Assembly (NCBI GenBank): GCA_041648535.1 | Contig: JBAZOX010000001.1 | Span: 1 to 40,147 of the forward strand | Direction: 5' to 3' | Source: Desulfobacteria bacterium | GTDB lineage: Bacteria; Desulfobacterota; UBA8473 | Length of the DNA stretch: 40,147 nucleotides | Shown here: piece by piece, positions 15,287-23,381 of the stretch | How positions within the stretch are numbered: position 1 is the first letter of the stretch | Layout of the letters: each line of letters starts with the position of its first letter | Position numbers and translations under genes: made by a program | Notes under the pieces: generated by a model | What the model was told of the DNA's origin: nothing | What the model saw: only the letters and a program-made list of their open reading frames with translations | Database searches by the model: none

Positions 15287-16771
15287 ATGTTGGAGAATAT
15301 GAAACTGGGAACAAAGATTATGGGCGGGTTTATTATTGTATTGGTTTTAACAGGGGTGATCTCGTATGTGGGTTGGGATGGCATGCGGGGTGTGGTGGAC
15401 AGGGTAGAGAAGGCCGACGATATGAACCGCATGGTCAAAATGATCCTACAGGCGCGTCGACACGAGAAGAATCTCATCATAAGGGAAGACAAGAAATACA
15501 TAACAGAGGTCAAAAAAGAGGTCAACGATTTGAAAAAGCAGGCCAAGGAGACGAAGGATAAATTGGAAGACCCTGTAAACAAGAAGCAGATGGATGAGGT
15601 TCTGATAGCGGTTGACAAGTACGAAAATGCCTTCGCTAAGCTTGCCGAGATTGTGGGAAAAATGATGGAGAAGGAGGAGCGGGAAAAACTCATTAGTGAA
15701 TTGGACAAAGGCTTAGCTGAGACAGGGAGGACAGTTGAGAAAGAGTGCGCTGATGCCCGTGCCGACCAGAAGAAAAAAATGGAGGCACAGATGGCAAGGG
15801 CTAATATGCTCATAATCGGCGGATCCTTAGTGGCTATCGCATTGGGACTAGGAATGGCATTTTTTGTAACCCTAAGCATCACAAAATCTATTAATCGGGT
15901 CGCAGAAGGCCTTACCGATGGTGCGGATCAGGTGGCTTCGGCCTCTGCACAGGTTTCCTCATCCAGTCAGTCCCTGGCAGAGGGAGCTTCGGAACAGGCC
16001 TCTGGGTTGGAGGAGACCTCATCTTCGATCGAGGAGATGGCCTCTATGACCAAGCAGAATGCCGATAATGCCAATCAAGCCAACGCCCTCATGGCGGATA
16101 CAAGCAAGGTGGTGGAGGAAGCCAATCTTTCAATGGTGGAATTGACAGAATCAATGAAGGATATCTCAACGGCCAGTGAGGAGACGGCCAAGATCATCAA
16201 GACGATTGATGAGATTGCATTCCAGACCAATCTGTTGGCCCTGAATGCGGCCGTGGAGGCGGCCAGGGCCGGAGAAGCAGGAGCCGGATTTGCGGTGGTG
16301 GCTGATGAGGTGAGGAATCTGGCGATGCGTGCTGCGGATGCGGCCAAGAATACAGCCAATTTAATCGAAGGCACAGTCAAGAAGATCAAGAATGGTTCGG
16401 ATATTGTGGCAAAGACAAATGAGGCTTTTGGGAAAGTAGCAACAGGGGCCAAGAAAGTGGGTGAGCTGGTTGGAGAGATTTCAGCCGCCTCGGATGAACA
16501 GGCTCAGGGAGTTAATCAGATCAACAAGGCCGTAGCCGAGATGGATAAGGTGGTGCAGCAGAATGCGGCCAATGCGGAGGAGTCGGCTTCGGCGTCAGAG
16601 GAGATGAATGGCCAGGCGGAGCAGATGAAAGAGTTTGTCGGAGACCTGGTTATGCTGGTAAGGGGCAGCAATGGAAATGGGGACATCTGCAGGAGTCAGG
16701 GTAGTAAGGCCGGAACAGGTCATTCCCTTGGAAGAAGATTTTATGGATTTTTAGAAAGAAATTTTACTTAA
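15287..16771 (+). CDS. Methyl-accepting chemotaxis protein 1 (helical periplasmic sensor, no HAMP; C-terminal tail out of frame)
   Basis: It has two TM segments and the conserved tip [38 protein letters not shown]. The last roughly 28 residues do not match the paralogues, but the +1 frame does. Confidence 0.85.
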   Translation: MLENMKLGTKIMGGFIIVLVLTGVISYVGWDGMRGVVDRVEKADDMNRMVKMILQARRHEKNLIIREDKKYITEVKKEVNDLKKQAKETKDKLEDPVNKKQMDEVLIAVDKYENAFAKLAEIVGKMMEKEEREKLISELDKGLAETGRTVEKECADARADQKKKMEAQMARANMLIIGGSLVAIALGLGMAFFVTLSITKSINRVAEGLTDGADQVASASAQVSSSSQSLAEGASEQASGLEETSSSIEEMASMTKQNADNANQANALMADTSKVVEEANLSMVELTESMKDISTASEETAKIIKTIDEIAFQTNLLALNAAVEAARAGEAGAGFAVVADEVRNLAMRAADAAKNTANLIEGTVKKIKNGSDIVAKTNEAFGKVATGAKKVGELVGEISAASDEQAQGVNQINKAVAEMDKVVQQNAANAEESASASEEMNGQAEQMKEFVGDLVMLVRGSNGNGDICRSQGSKAGTGHSLGRRFYGFLERNFT

Positions 16772-16795
16772 AGTTTTTCACTATTCTGCCGATAT
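16769..16795 (+). promoter_or_regulatory. Sigma-28 (FliA) promoter, copy 2
   Basis: TAAAGTTT, 11 nt, GCCGATAT. It lies 74 nt upstream of the HTH gene. Confidence 0.7.
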
Positions 16796-16868
16796 TAATA
16801 TCAGGTTGTTGCATCGGTTAAATTTGTTGCCATTGATTCATTGGTTACATACGGTAAAGGGATAAAAC

Positions 16869-17084
16869 ATGTCCGAGTTATTTTACTCCACCTCTGAGGT
16901 AGCTGATTTATTCGGGATCAATAGGGTTACAATTTATAGGTGGGTAAAAAAGGGGAGAGTAAAAGCGTATAGGATCGGTAAGCATATTAAAATACCTGTT
17001 TCCGAGGTGGAGAGATTAGGGAGGGAATTCGGTTTGCCGGAAATGATCTTTCCCGGATGCCTTCAAGTTAAGTGCCTAAAGTGA
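16869..17084 (+). CDS. Excisionase-family (MerR-superfamily) helix-turn-helix DNA-binding protein
   Basis: STSEVADLFGINRVTIYRWVKKGRVKAYRIGKHIKIPVSEV is the classic excisionase-type HTH pattern. Confidence 0.75.
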   Translation: MSELFYSTSEVADLFGINRVTIYRWVKKGRVKAYRIGKHIKIPVSEVERLGREFGLPEMIFPGCLQVKCLK

Positions 17085-17233
17085 GCTAAAGTTTAAAGTG
17101 CCTAAAGTTATTTAAAAAGGAAATTCCTATACTATGAGCTTAAACAGAAAGAATGAACTGAGGGAAAACAGGTAGATGACTGTTAGTTGGTGAAAAGACG
17201 TTTTTAAAATATGAAAAAAGGAGGTCTTCAATT

Positions 17234-17794
17234 ATGCAATCTGCTTTGAATGAAGTAAAAGAAAACTCGGCATCTAAAACATTGGAAGGATTGGAAAACA
17301 AAGAGGGGAAATACCTTACGTTTGGTCTCAGGGGTGAGGAGTACGGTTTAGAAATCCTTAAGGTTAAAGAAATTATCGGTATTATGAATATTACTTTTGT
17401 TCCTCATACACCGATGTATGTGAAGGGGGTGATCAATCTCAGAGGAAAGGTTATTCCTGTCATTGATTTACGACTGAAGTTCGGGATGGACTCACTCGAA
17501 TACAATGAACGAACATGTATCGTCGTCGTTGACATCGCAGATAAGTCAGGAAACAAGGTCATGGTGGGCATTGTGGTGGATTCCGTTTCCGAGGTCTTGA
17601 ATATCAAGGCTGAAGAAATCGAGGATACACCAACCTTTGGTGTCAGGTTGAACACGGATTGTATACTGGGTATGGCTAAGGTCAAAGGGGGAATCAAGAT
17701 TCTGCTCGATATTGACGAGGTATTGGAGGCTGAGGAAGCTGCTGCATGGGACAGCGCTGATAACCATTCAGAACTGACAAACAATAGGGGGTGA
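17234..17794 (+). CDS. cheW: Chemotaxis coupling protein CheW
   Basis: Contains [21 protein letters not shown]...[18 protein letters not shown]. Confidence 0.9.
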   Translation: MQSALNEVKENSASKTLEGLENKEGKYLTFGLRGEEYGLEILKVKEIIGIMNITFVPHTPMYVKGVINLRGKVIPVIDLRLKFGMDSLEYNERTCIVVVDIADKSGNKVMVGIVVDSVSEVLNIKAEEIEDTPTFGVRLNTDCILGMAKVKGGIKILLDIDEVLEAEEAAAWDSADNHSELTNNRG

Positions 17795-17799
17795 ATATC

Positions 17800-19044
17800 A
17801 TGTTTAATGAAATCTTAATATTTGCAGGTATCGTTGCTATCGGGGCAGCCGCATGTACAGCAATCCTTTACATGGTTTTCAAAAAGAATCTTACCTTCAA
17901 GCTATGGGTCAGATTGCTGCCCAGTATAGTTGTGCTTTGTTTAGCTATATTCATCTTAGGGAAAGTGGGAGTATATAACGTTCTGGCTTCTGCTATTACA
18001 CTTATTACAGGAGTTTTTGCTATGGTGGCAGGCTTGATTTTTGTGGGGAGAAGTATGTTTATGCCGCTAAATAAAGTTATTGAAAGCCTCATCAACATGT
18101 CGGGTAAGCTGATCACCAGTTCCAGTCAGATTTCAGACGCCAGCCAGCATTTAGCAGAGGGATCATCCGGGCAGGCATCTTCTCTCGAGGAGACTTCAGC
18201 CTCTGTGGAGGAACTCTCTTCCATGACAAGGCAGAATGCAGACAATGCAAATCATGCAAACGCCCTTATGAATGAAACGAAACAGATCGTCTCCCGTGCC
18301 AATGATTCCATGAAGAATCTCACCAAGTCCATGGAAGATATCTCCATTGCCAGTGAAGAAACATCCAAGATTATCAAGACTATTGATGAGATAGCCTTCC
18401 AGACGAATCTTCTCGCATTGAATGCGGCAGTGGAGGCAGCCCGTGCAGGGGAAGCAGGCGCGGGGTTTGCCGTGGTAGCCGAGGAGGTGAGAAATCTGGC
18501 TATGAGGTCTGCAGAGGCAGCTAAAAACACCTCCGGTTTGATTGAAGGTACGGTCAAAAAGATCAAGGAAGGATCGGAACTGGTTATTAAAACGAATCAT
18601 GAGTTTTCTGAGGTTACCAAAAGTACCGGAAAGATTGGCGAATTGGTGAGTGAGATTGCCGCTGCTTCTCAGGAGCAGGCTCACGGTATTGGACAGATTA
18701 ACAATGCCGTTACTGAGATGGACAAGATCATCCAGCAGACGACCGCCAATGCCGAGGAATCGGCCAGTTCTGCAGGAGAACTGATCGGTCAGGCTGAAGA
18801 GTTGAGAAGCAATATCTCGGACTTAACCGATGCACTCGGCACAAATGGAAATGGAAAGATGGCTGGCCTTCAAAGGCAAATAAGCAACAACGGGAGAAAG
18901 AGGGAAACATTTGGCCCGGTTCATAAGGTGTTGCCAAGACAGGGGAAGATAGCAAGGGAAGAAAACCTTGCCCCTCACAGGACAGGGTTGGTCCTTCCCA
19001 ATGAGGTGATTCCCCTTGAAGAGGGAGATTTTAAAAACTTCTAA
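17800..19044 (+). CDS. Methyl-accepting chemotaxis protein 2 (membrane-embedded N-terminus, no periplasmic domain, no HAMP)
   Basis: AGGGGGTG lies 7 nt before the ATG at 17800 (the ORF-track start at 17791 is a GTG). About 90 aa of hydrophobic segments are followed directly by the signalling domain. The tail is [12 protein letters not shown]. Confidence 0.85.
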   Translation: MFNEILIFAGIVAIGAAACTAILYMVFKKNLTFKLWVRLLPSIVVLCLAIFILGKVGVYNVLASAITLITGVFAMVAGLIFVGRSMFMPLNKVIESLINMSGKLITSSSQISDASQHLAEGSSGQASSLEETSASVEELSSMTRQNADNANHANALMNETKQIVSRANDSMKNLTKSMEDISIASEETSKIIKTIDEIAFQTNLLALNAAVEAARAGEAGAGFAVVAEEVRNLAMRSAEAAKNTSGLIEGTVKKIKEGSELVIKTNHEFSEVTKSTGKIGELVSEIAAASQEQAHGIGQINNAVTEMDKIIQQTTANAEESASSAGELIGQAEELRSNISDLTDALGTNGNGKMAGLQRQISNNGRKRETFGPVHKVLPRQGKIAREENLAPHRTGLVLPNEVIPLEEGDFKNF

Positions 19045-19073
19045 CAAAAAAATAATATGAGGGGGTAGTAACG

Positions 19074-19544
19074 ATGAAAAAAGTATTTATGCTGATTTTA
19101 GTCTGTACTTTATTACTGGCAGTTGTTTATACACCAAGCACGGGTACCGCCGCACAGGAAATGGGGGAGAGGTCCACCGCTCTCTTAGTAGAGAAGGCCG
19201 TCGCTTTCTTAAAAGCAAATGGGAAAGACGCTTCTTTTGCAGAGTTTAACAAAAGTAACGGAAAATTTTCAGACGGCAGTCGGTATGTTTATGTCGTAGA
19301 CTCTAAAGGGAATACGTTGGCCCATGGGGGTAATAGCGGTATGATTGGTAAAAATTTATACGAATTGAAGGACTCGGATATGAAACCTTTTATGAAAGAA
19401 ATTATTAATAATGCGATGTCGGAAGGTTTTGGATGGGTTGATTATAAATGGCCAAATCTTCCCATAAGCAACAAAGCCGTACTCAGATCAGCTTATTTTA
19501 AAAAGGTTAATGATGTTATTATCATCTCTTCAACACTAAAATGA
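19074..19544 (+). CDS. Secreted stand-alone single-Cache (sCache_2-like) domain protein
   Basis: It has a signal peptide, MKKVFMLILVCTLLLAVVY. It then carries FAEFNKSNGKF.DG.RYVYVVDSKGNTLAHG...GKNLYELKD...GFGWVDYKWP, the sCache_2 pattern. Confidence 0.6.
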   Translation: MKKVFMLILVCTLLLAVVYTPSTGTAAQEMGERSTALLVEKAVAFLKANGKDASFAEFNKSNGKFSDGSRYVYVVDSKGNTLAHGGNSGMIGKNLYELKDSDMKPFMKEIINNAMSEGFGWVDYKWPNLPISNKAVLRSAYFKKVNDVIIISSTLK

Positions 19545-19546
19545 GG

Positions 19547-19628
19547 GTTACTACTCAGGTTGTTTAGGCTGTAGGCTGAAGGCTGTTAGGCTACAGCCTA
19601 CAGTCTAACAGTCTACAGCCTATCCATC
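19547..19628. repeat. Heptamer-hairpin element E (GTTACTACTCAGG left end; CTGTAGG-type arms)
   Basis: It is in the same orientation and subfamily as element D. The right terminal motif is absent. Confidence 0.7.
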
Positions 19629-19655
19629 TTATATGGAACAGGGGGGTAAATTGAT

Positions 19656-21263
19656 ATGAAGAAAATTTTTAAAAATATGAGTATGTCAAAGAAATTAATG
19701 TTAGCTCCAACAGTCGTATTCATCTTCCTCATTGCTCTTTCCTATGTGTCTTATACCGGACTTTCAAATCAGAAAATGGCAATAGAGGATATCGTTAACA
19801 ACCGATTTAAGGCATACCAGAGAAGTTCTGAGATTGCCAAAAGTATTGCCAATGTACATGCAAATCTCTACAAGATCATCAGTTGGACAGGTGCAAATCG
19901 TGATGCGGATATAATCCAGGCTCTCTCCGATGAACAGAAAGCCCAGATTAAAGGGAATATTGAGCCGATACAAAATATCTTAAAATTTAAGATGTCCACA
20001 GGGAAGGAAAAGAAGCTTCTTCAAGCCTCTCTGGAGCAGTTGATAGAGTATCAGAAACAGGCATTAGCGGTATGTGATGTGGTAAAGACCGATGTCAGCA
20101 TGGCAACTATGTTTATGGGTACTGCCGACGAAAAATATAACACCCTCAACCAAACCCTGAGGGAACTCCTCGTATTCGAAGAGATGCTCAGTGAAGAGAG
20201 GTACAATTTTTCTCTTAAAAGCTTCAACTCTGTATTAACCGCCTTTGTGATATTGCTGGTAACCGCCATTGTAATATCGGTATTGAGCAGCCTCTTTATG
20301 TCCAGGCTTATCACCCAACCGGTTAAACAAACAATGGATGTCATCAAAAATGTTGCCGATGGTGATTTAACTCAGGATATTGAAGTGGACTCCCGAGATG
20401 AGATCGGTGAACTCGCGGAGGCTATCAACACGATGCGCGTGAAAATGGGAGAGGCAGTTGGTCAATCGGTAGCGATTTCCCACACCTTATCCGAATCAGC
20501 ATCCGAGCAGGCTGCTTCGTTGGAGGAGACATCTGCCTCTCTGGATGAAACAGCCTCTATGACCAGGCAAAACGCCGGCAATACAACCGAGGCCAATAAC
20601 CTGATGGCGTTGGCCATGGAGACCACGGAAAAGGCCAATATTTCCATGGCTGATTTAACCAAATCAATGAAGGAAATTGCCGGTGCCAGCGAACAGGCAC
20701 AGAAAATCGTTAAGAGTATTGATGAAATTGCCTTTCAAACCAATCTTCTTGCTTTGAATGCGGCAGTCGAGGCAGCCCGTGCGGGTGAAGCAGGTGCCGG
20801 TTTTGCCGTAGTTGCCGACGAGGTGAGGAATCTGGCGCTACGGGCAACGGAGGCCGCCAAAGGCACCTCCGGTTTAATAGAAGATATCGTCAAAAAGGTC
20901 AGGAACGGGGAAGGTCTGGTTTCCCTCACCAACGATGCATTCAGTCAGGTAACGACCAACTCCACGAAGGTTGTGGAATTAATGGGCGAGGTTGCAGCAG
21001 CCTCTCAGGAACAAGCCCAGGGAATAGATCAGATCAACAAGGCCGTGGCTCAGATGAGTACGGTGACACAGAGGAATGCTGCCAGTTCAGAAGAATTAGC
21101 CTCAATCATGTCTATGTTTAAAACTGAGAATCATAGAGGGAAGATTACCCCAGAGAAGCTACACCCCCAAAAGAGCGGCAGAAAAAAAATGATCTTTTCG
21201 TCCCCCGGTGGAGAAGTAACCCCCGGGAATTTTATGTCCTTAAAAGAACCGGAGTTCGTTTAA
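19656..21263 (+). CDS. Methyl-accepting chemotaxis protein 3 (4-helix-bundle sensor plus HAMP)
   Basis: It has two TM segments, a HAMP domain (PVKQTMDVIKNVADGDLTQDI...IGELAEAINTM) and the conserved signalling tip. Confidence 0.9.
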   Translation: MKKIFKNMSMSKKLMLAPTVVFIFLIALSYVSYTGLSNQKMAIEDIVNNRFKAYQRSSEIAKSIANVHANLYKIISWTGANRDADIIQALSDEQKAQIKGNIEPIQNILKFKMSTGKEKKLLQASLEQLIEYQKQALAVCDVVKTDVSMATMFMGTADEKYNTLNQTLRELLVFEEMLSEERYNFSLKSFNSVLTAFVILLVTAIVISVLSSLFMSRLITQPVKQTMDVIKNVADGDLTQDIEVDSRDEIGELAEAINTMRVKMGEAVGQSVAISHTLSESASEQAASLEETSASLDETASMTRQNAGNTTEANNLMALAMETTEKANISMADLTKSMKEIAGASEQAQKIVKSIDEIAFQTNLLALNAAVEAARAGEAGAGFAVVADEVRNLALRATEAAKGTSGLIEDIVKKVRNGEGLVSLTNDAFSQVTTNSTKVVELMGEVAAASQEQAQGIDQINKAVAQMSTVTQRNAASSEELASIMSMFKTENHRGKITPEKLHPQKSGRKKMIFSSPGGEVTPGNFMSLKEPEFV

Positions 21264-21272
21264 GCTTTATAT

Positions 21273-21296
21273 AACAGCGGGCTTAAGCCTGCTGTT
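21273..21296 (+). terminator. Strong hairpin after MCP3 (no clear U-tract)
   Basis: AACAGCGGGC and GCCTGCTGTT form a 10-bp stem with a TTAA loop. Confidence 0.4.
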
Positions 21297-21331
21297 GTAA
21301 TTACTGTGAACTGTGAACCGTGAACTGTTAC
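21297..21331. repeat. Short TGTGAAC-heptamer repeat bounded by GTAATTAC / GTTAC
   Basis: gtaattac tgtgaac tgtgaac cgtgaac tgttac. It has no complementary arm. Confidence 0.5.
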
Positions 21332-21349
21332 GGCAACTCTTAGGATAAT

Positions 21350-22177
21350 ATGATGTCTCCCGAACTTAAGGATAATGATTTTAAAAAGATAGTCCGCTTG
21401 GTATACGAGCAGTGCGGAATCAATCTCCATGATGGCAAAAGAGAGCTGGTGAAGGCACGTCTTTCGAAAAGGCTGAGAGAGGCAGGCTTCACCTCCTTTG
21501 CAGATTATTATCGTTATGTGGTCTCAGAGGAGGGGAGTGACGAATTGACCCCCATGATTGATTCGATCTCCACGAATATGACATATTTTTTCAGAGAGGA
21601 TGGTCACTTCCAAAAAATACGCACCATCATACCTGCTATGACAGAGGAGAAAGGGCATAATGGCCATACCCCGAAATTGCGGATCTGGACAGCGGGTTGT
21701 TCGACAGGGGAAGAACCTTACTCACTGGCAATCACCTTAAAAGAACACAGTAGCAAAATTGAAGCAACTATACTGGCTACAGACATATCTTCGAAGGTTC
21801 TTAAAACAGCTACAAACGGTATCTACTTAAACGAGAAACTCAAGAATATATTGCCTGGAATTTTGAAGAAATATTTCCAGTACGGTTGTGGTGAATGGGC
21901 AGGATATTATCGCGTCAAAGATGAGATCAGGAGGATGATACAGTTTATAAAGTTTAATCTGATGGACACTCCGCCCCCTGATTTTCTTTTTGATATCATA
22001 TTCTGCAGGAATGTCATGATCTATTTTGACAAAACAACCCAGGGGCTACTGGTGAACAGGTTCTACAATTGTCTGAAAGATGGTGGATATTTTTTCGTGG
22101 GTCATGCGGAAAGCCTGTCAGGGATCTCGCATCCCTTCAAATATATAGAACCGAGCATTTACAGGAAACATAGTTAA
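21350..22177 (+). CDS. cheR: Chemotaxis protein methyltransferase CheR
   Basis: Contains TYFFRE, RIWTAGCSTGEEPYSLA and IFCRNVMIYFD. Confidence 0.9.
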   Translation: MMSPELKDNDFKKIVRLVYEQCGINLHDGKRELVKARLSKRLREAGFTSFADYYRYVVSEEGSDELTPMIDSISTNMTYFFREDGHFQKIRTIIPAMTEEKGHNGHTPKLRIWTAGCSTGEEPYSLAITLKEHSSKIEATILATDISSKVLKTATNGIYLNEKLKNILPGILKKYFQYGCGEWAGYYRVKDEIRRMIQFIKFNLMDTPPPDFLFDIIFCRNVMIYFDKTTQGLLVNRFYNCLKDGGYFFVGHAESLSGISHPFKYIEPSIYRKHS

Positions 22178-22656
22178 TGGGCGATATTATCGTTGGTATT
22201 TCGGATATGAATGTGAGCAATAATTACGGAGATGTCCTGATTACCTATGCCCTTGGTTCATGTATTGCAGTGGCTGTTTATGATCCTAAAGTAAAAGTGG
22301 GTGGTCTTTTGCACTTCATGCTTCCCGACTCATCAATAGACATAAATAAAGCCGGCGATAAACCGGCAATGTTTGCCGACACAGGGGTCCCTCTTTTATT
22401 TAAGTCCTGCTACAGGTTGGGGGCAGTAAAAACGCACATGCTTGTGAAGGTAATCGGTGGGGCAAGCATCCTCGATGATTCAAACTACTTCCGGATCGGT
22501 CAAAGAAACCTCACAGCACTGCGGAAAATCTTCTGGAAGAATAATGTAATGATAAATGCAGAAGATACAGGCGAAAACCATAACCGAACCGTTCGTCTCC
22601 ATGTTTCCGACGGCAGATGTTACGTTAAAAATTCCACGGGGATGAAGGAACTCTAA
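22177..22656 (+). CDS. cheD: Chemoreceptor glutamine deamidase CheD
   Basis: Contains ALGSCIAVAVYDP..KVGGLLHFMLP. Its start overlaps the cheR stop (TAATG). Confidence 0.85.
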   Translation: MGDIIVGISDMNVSNNYGDVLITYALGSCIAVAVYDPKVKVGGLLHFMLPDSSIDINKAGDKPAMFADTGVPLLFKSCYRLGAVKTHMLVKVIGGASILDDSNYFRIGQRNLTALRKIFWKNNVMINAEDTGENHNRTVRLHVSDGRCYVKNSTGMKEL

Positions 22657-22666
22657 GGGGGTTGTT

Positions 22667-23095
22667 ATGTCATTCAATATACTCGTCGTAGATGATTCAA
22701 ATTCAATGCGGGCGGTGATTAAGAAGGTTATATTCTTATCAGGCTTTAAAGTGGACCGCTGTTTTGAAGCAGGCAATGGCAGAGAAGCGCTGGCGGTGCT
22801 GGCAAACGATTGGGTGGATGTAATTATATCGGATATTAACATGCCCGAGGTAAATGGTTTGGAATTATTAAACAAGTTACGGCAAGACATTCTTTATAAG
22901 GAGATCCCCGTGGTTATCGTAACCACGGAAGGCAGTAACGAACGAATGGAAGAGGTTTTTAACCTTGGGGCAAAGGGATTTATAAAAAAGCCTTTCTTCC
23001 CTGAAGAACTGAGAAGGGTTCTTTGCCAGGTCATAGGGGTGGGAGATGACGGTGGATACGAAGATAGAAGAAATGCTGATAGAGGCGATTTTTGA
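22667..23095 (+). CDS. cheY: CheY-like single-domain response regulator
   Basis: Contains ILVVDDS...DINMPEVNGLELL...KGFIKKPF. Confidence 0.85.
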   Translation: MSFNILVVDDSNSMRAVIKKVIFLSGFKVDRCFEAGNGREALAVLANDWVDVIISDINMPEVNGLELLNKLRQDILYKEIPVVIVTTEGSNERMEEVFNLGAKGFIKKPFFPEELRRVLCQVIGVGDDGGYEDRRNADRGDF

Positions 23096-23381
23096 GGTCT
23101 TTGAAAAGATGTTTTACCTCTCTCTTGAACCTCTCAATGCGGACAATAATGTTACAGGCAATATGAGTCTACAGAGGATTTATGAGTTAACCGGTGATAA
23201 TTCATTTCAGGTATTGGAGTCACAATTGCTCACGGTACTACAGAGCATAGAAGACATGAATGAATTTAACAGGATATTGATGGAGCGTTCCATCAACTTT
23301 GTAAAAAATGCTGCTAATTTCCTGGACTCCTTTGCTTTTAATACAAAAAATAGAGGGGTGGTACTCTCCAAGGAGGCTTGA
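23046..23381 (+). CDS. Hypothetical protein, possibly chimeric (CheX-like N-terminus, FlgN-like C-terminal helix)
   Basis: It overlaps the cheY 3' end by 50 nt. IEAIFEVFEKMF resembles CheX N-termini, and NRILMERSINFVKNAANFL resembles FlgN C-termini. Both resemblances are weak and judged by eye only. Confidence 0.3.
   Translation: MTVDTKIEEMLIEAIFEVFEKMFYLSLEPLNADNNVTGNMSLQRIYELTGDNSFQVLESQLLTVLQSIEDMNEFNRILMERSINFVKNAANFLDSFAFNTKNRGVVLSKEA

Noticed and set aside
16075-16452. Minus-strand ORFs inside the three MCP genes (16075-16452, 18252-18566, 20735-20932; also 15247-15882 and 18196-18684)
   Set aside because: They are Ala/Ser-rich antisense shadows of the highly conserved MCP signalling domain ([12 protein letters not shown] recurs in all three). 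They have no start signals and are mutually homologous only because the sense strand is.
17085-17120. TAAAGTTT motifs after the HTH gene as another sigma-28 promoter
   Set aside because: The -35-like TAAAGTTT is present but no GCCGATAA-like -10 follows at 11-12 nt. The region is a CTAAAGT-type short repeat.
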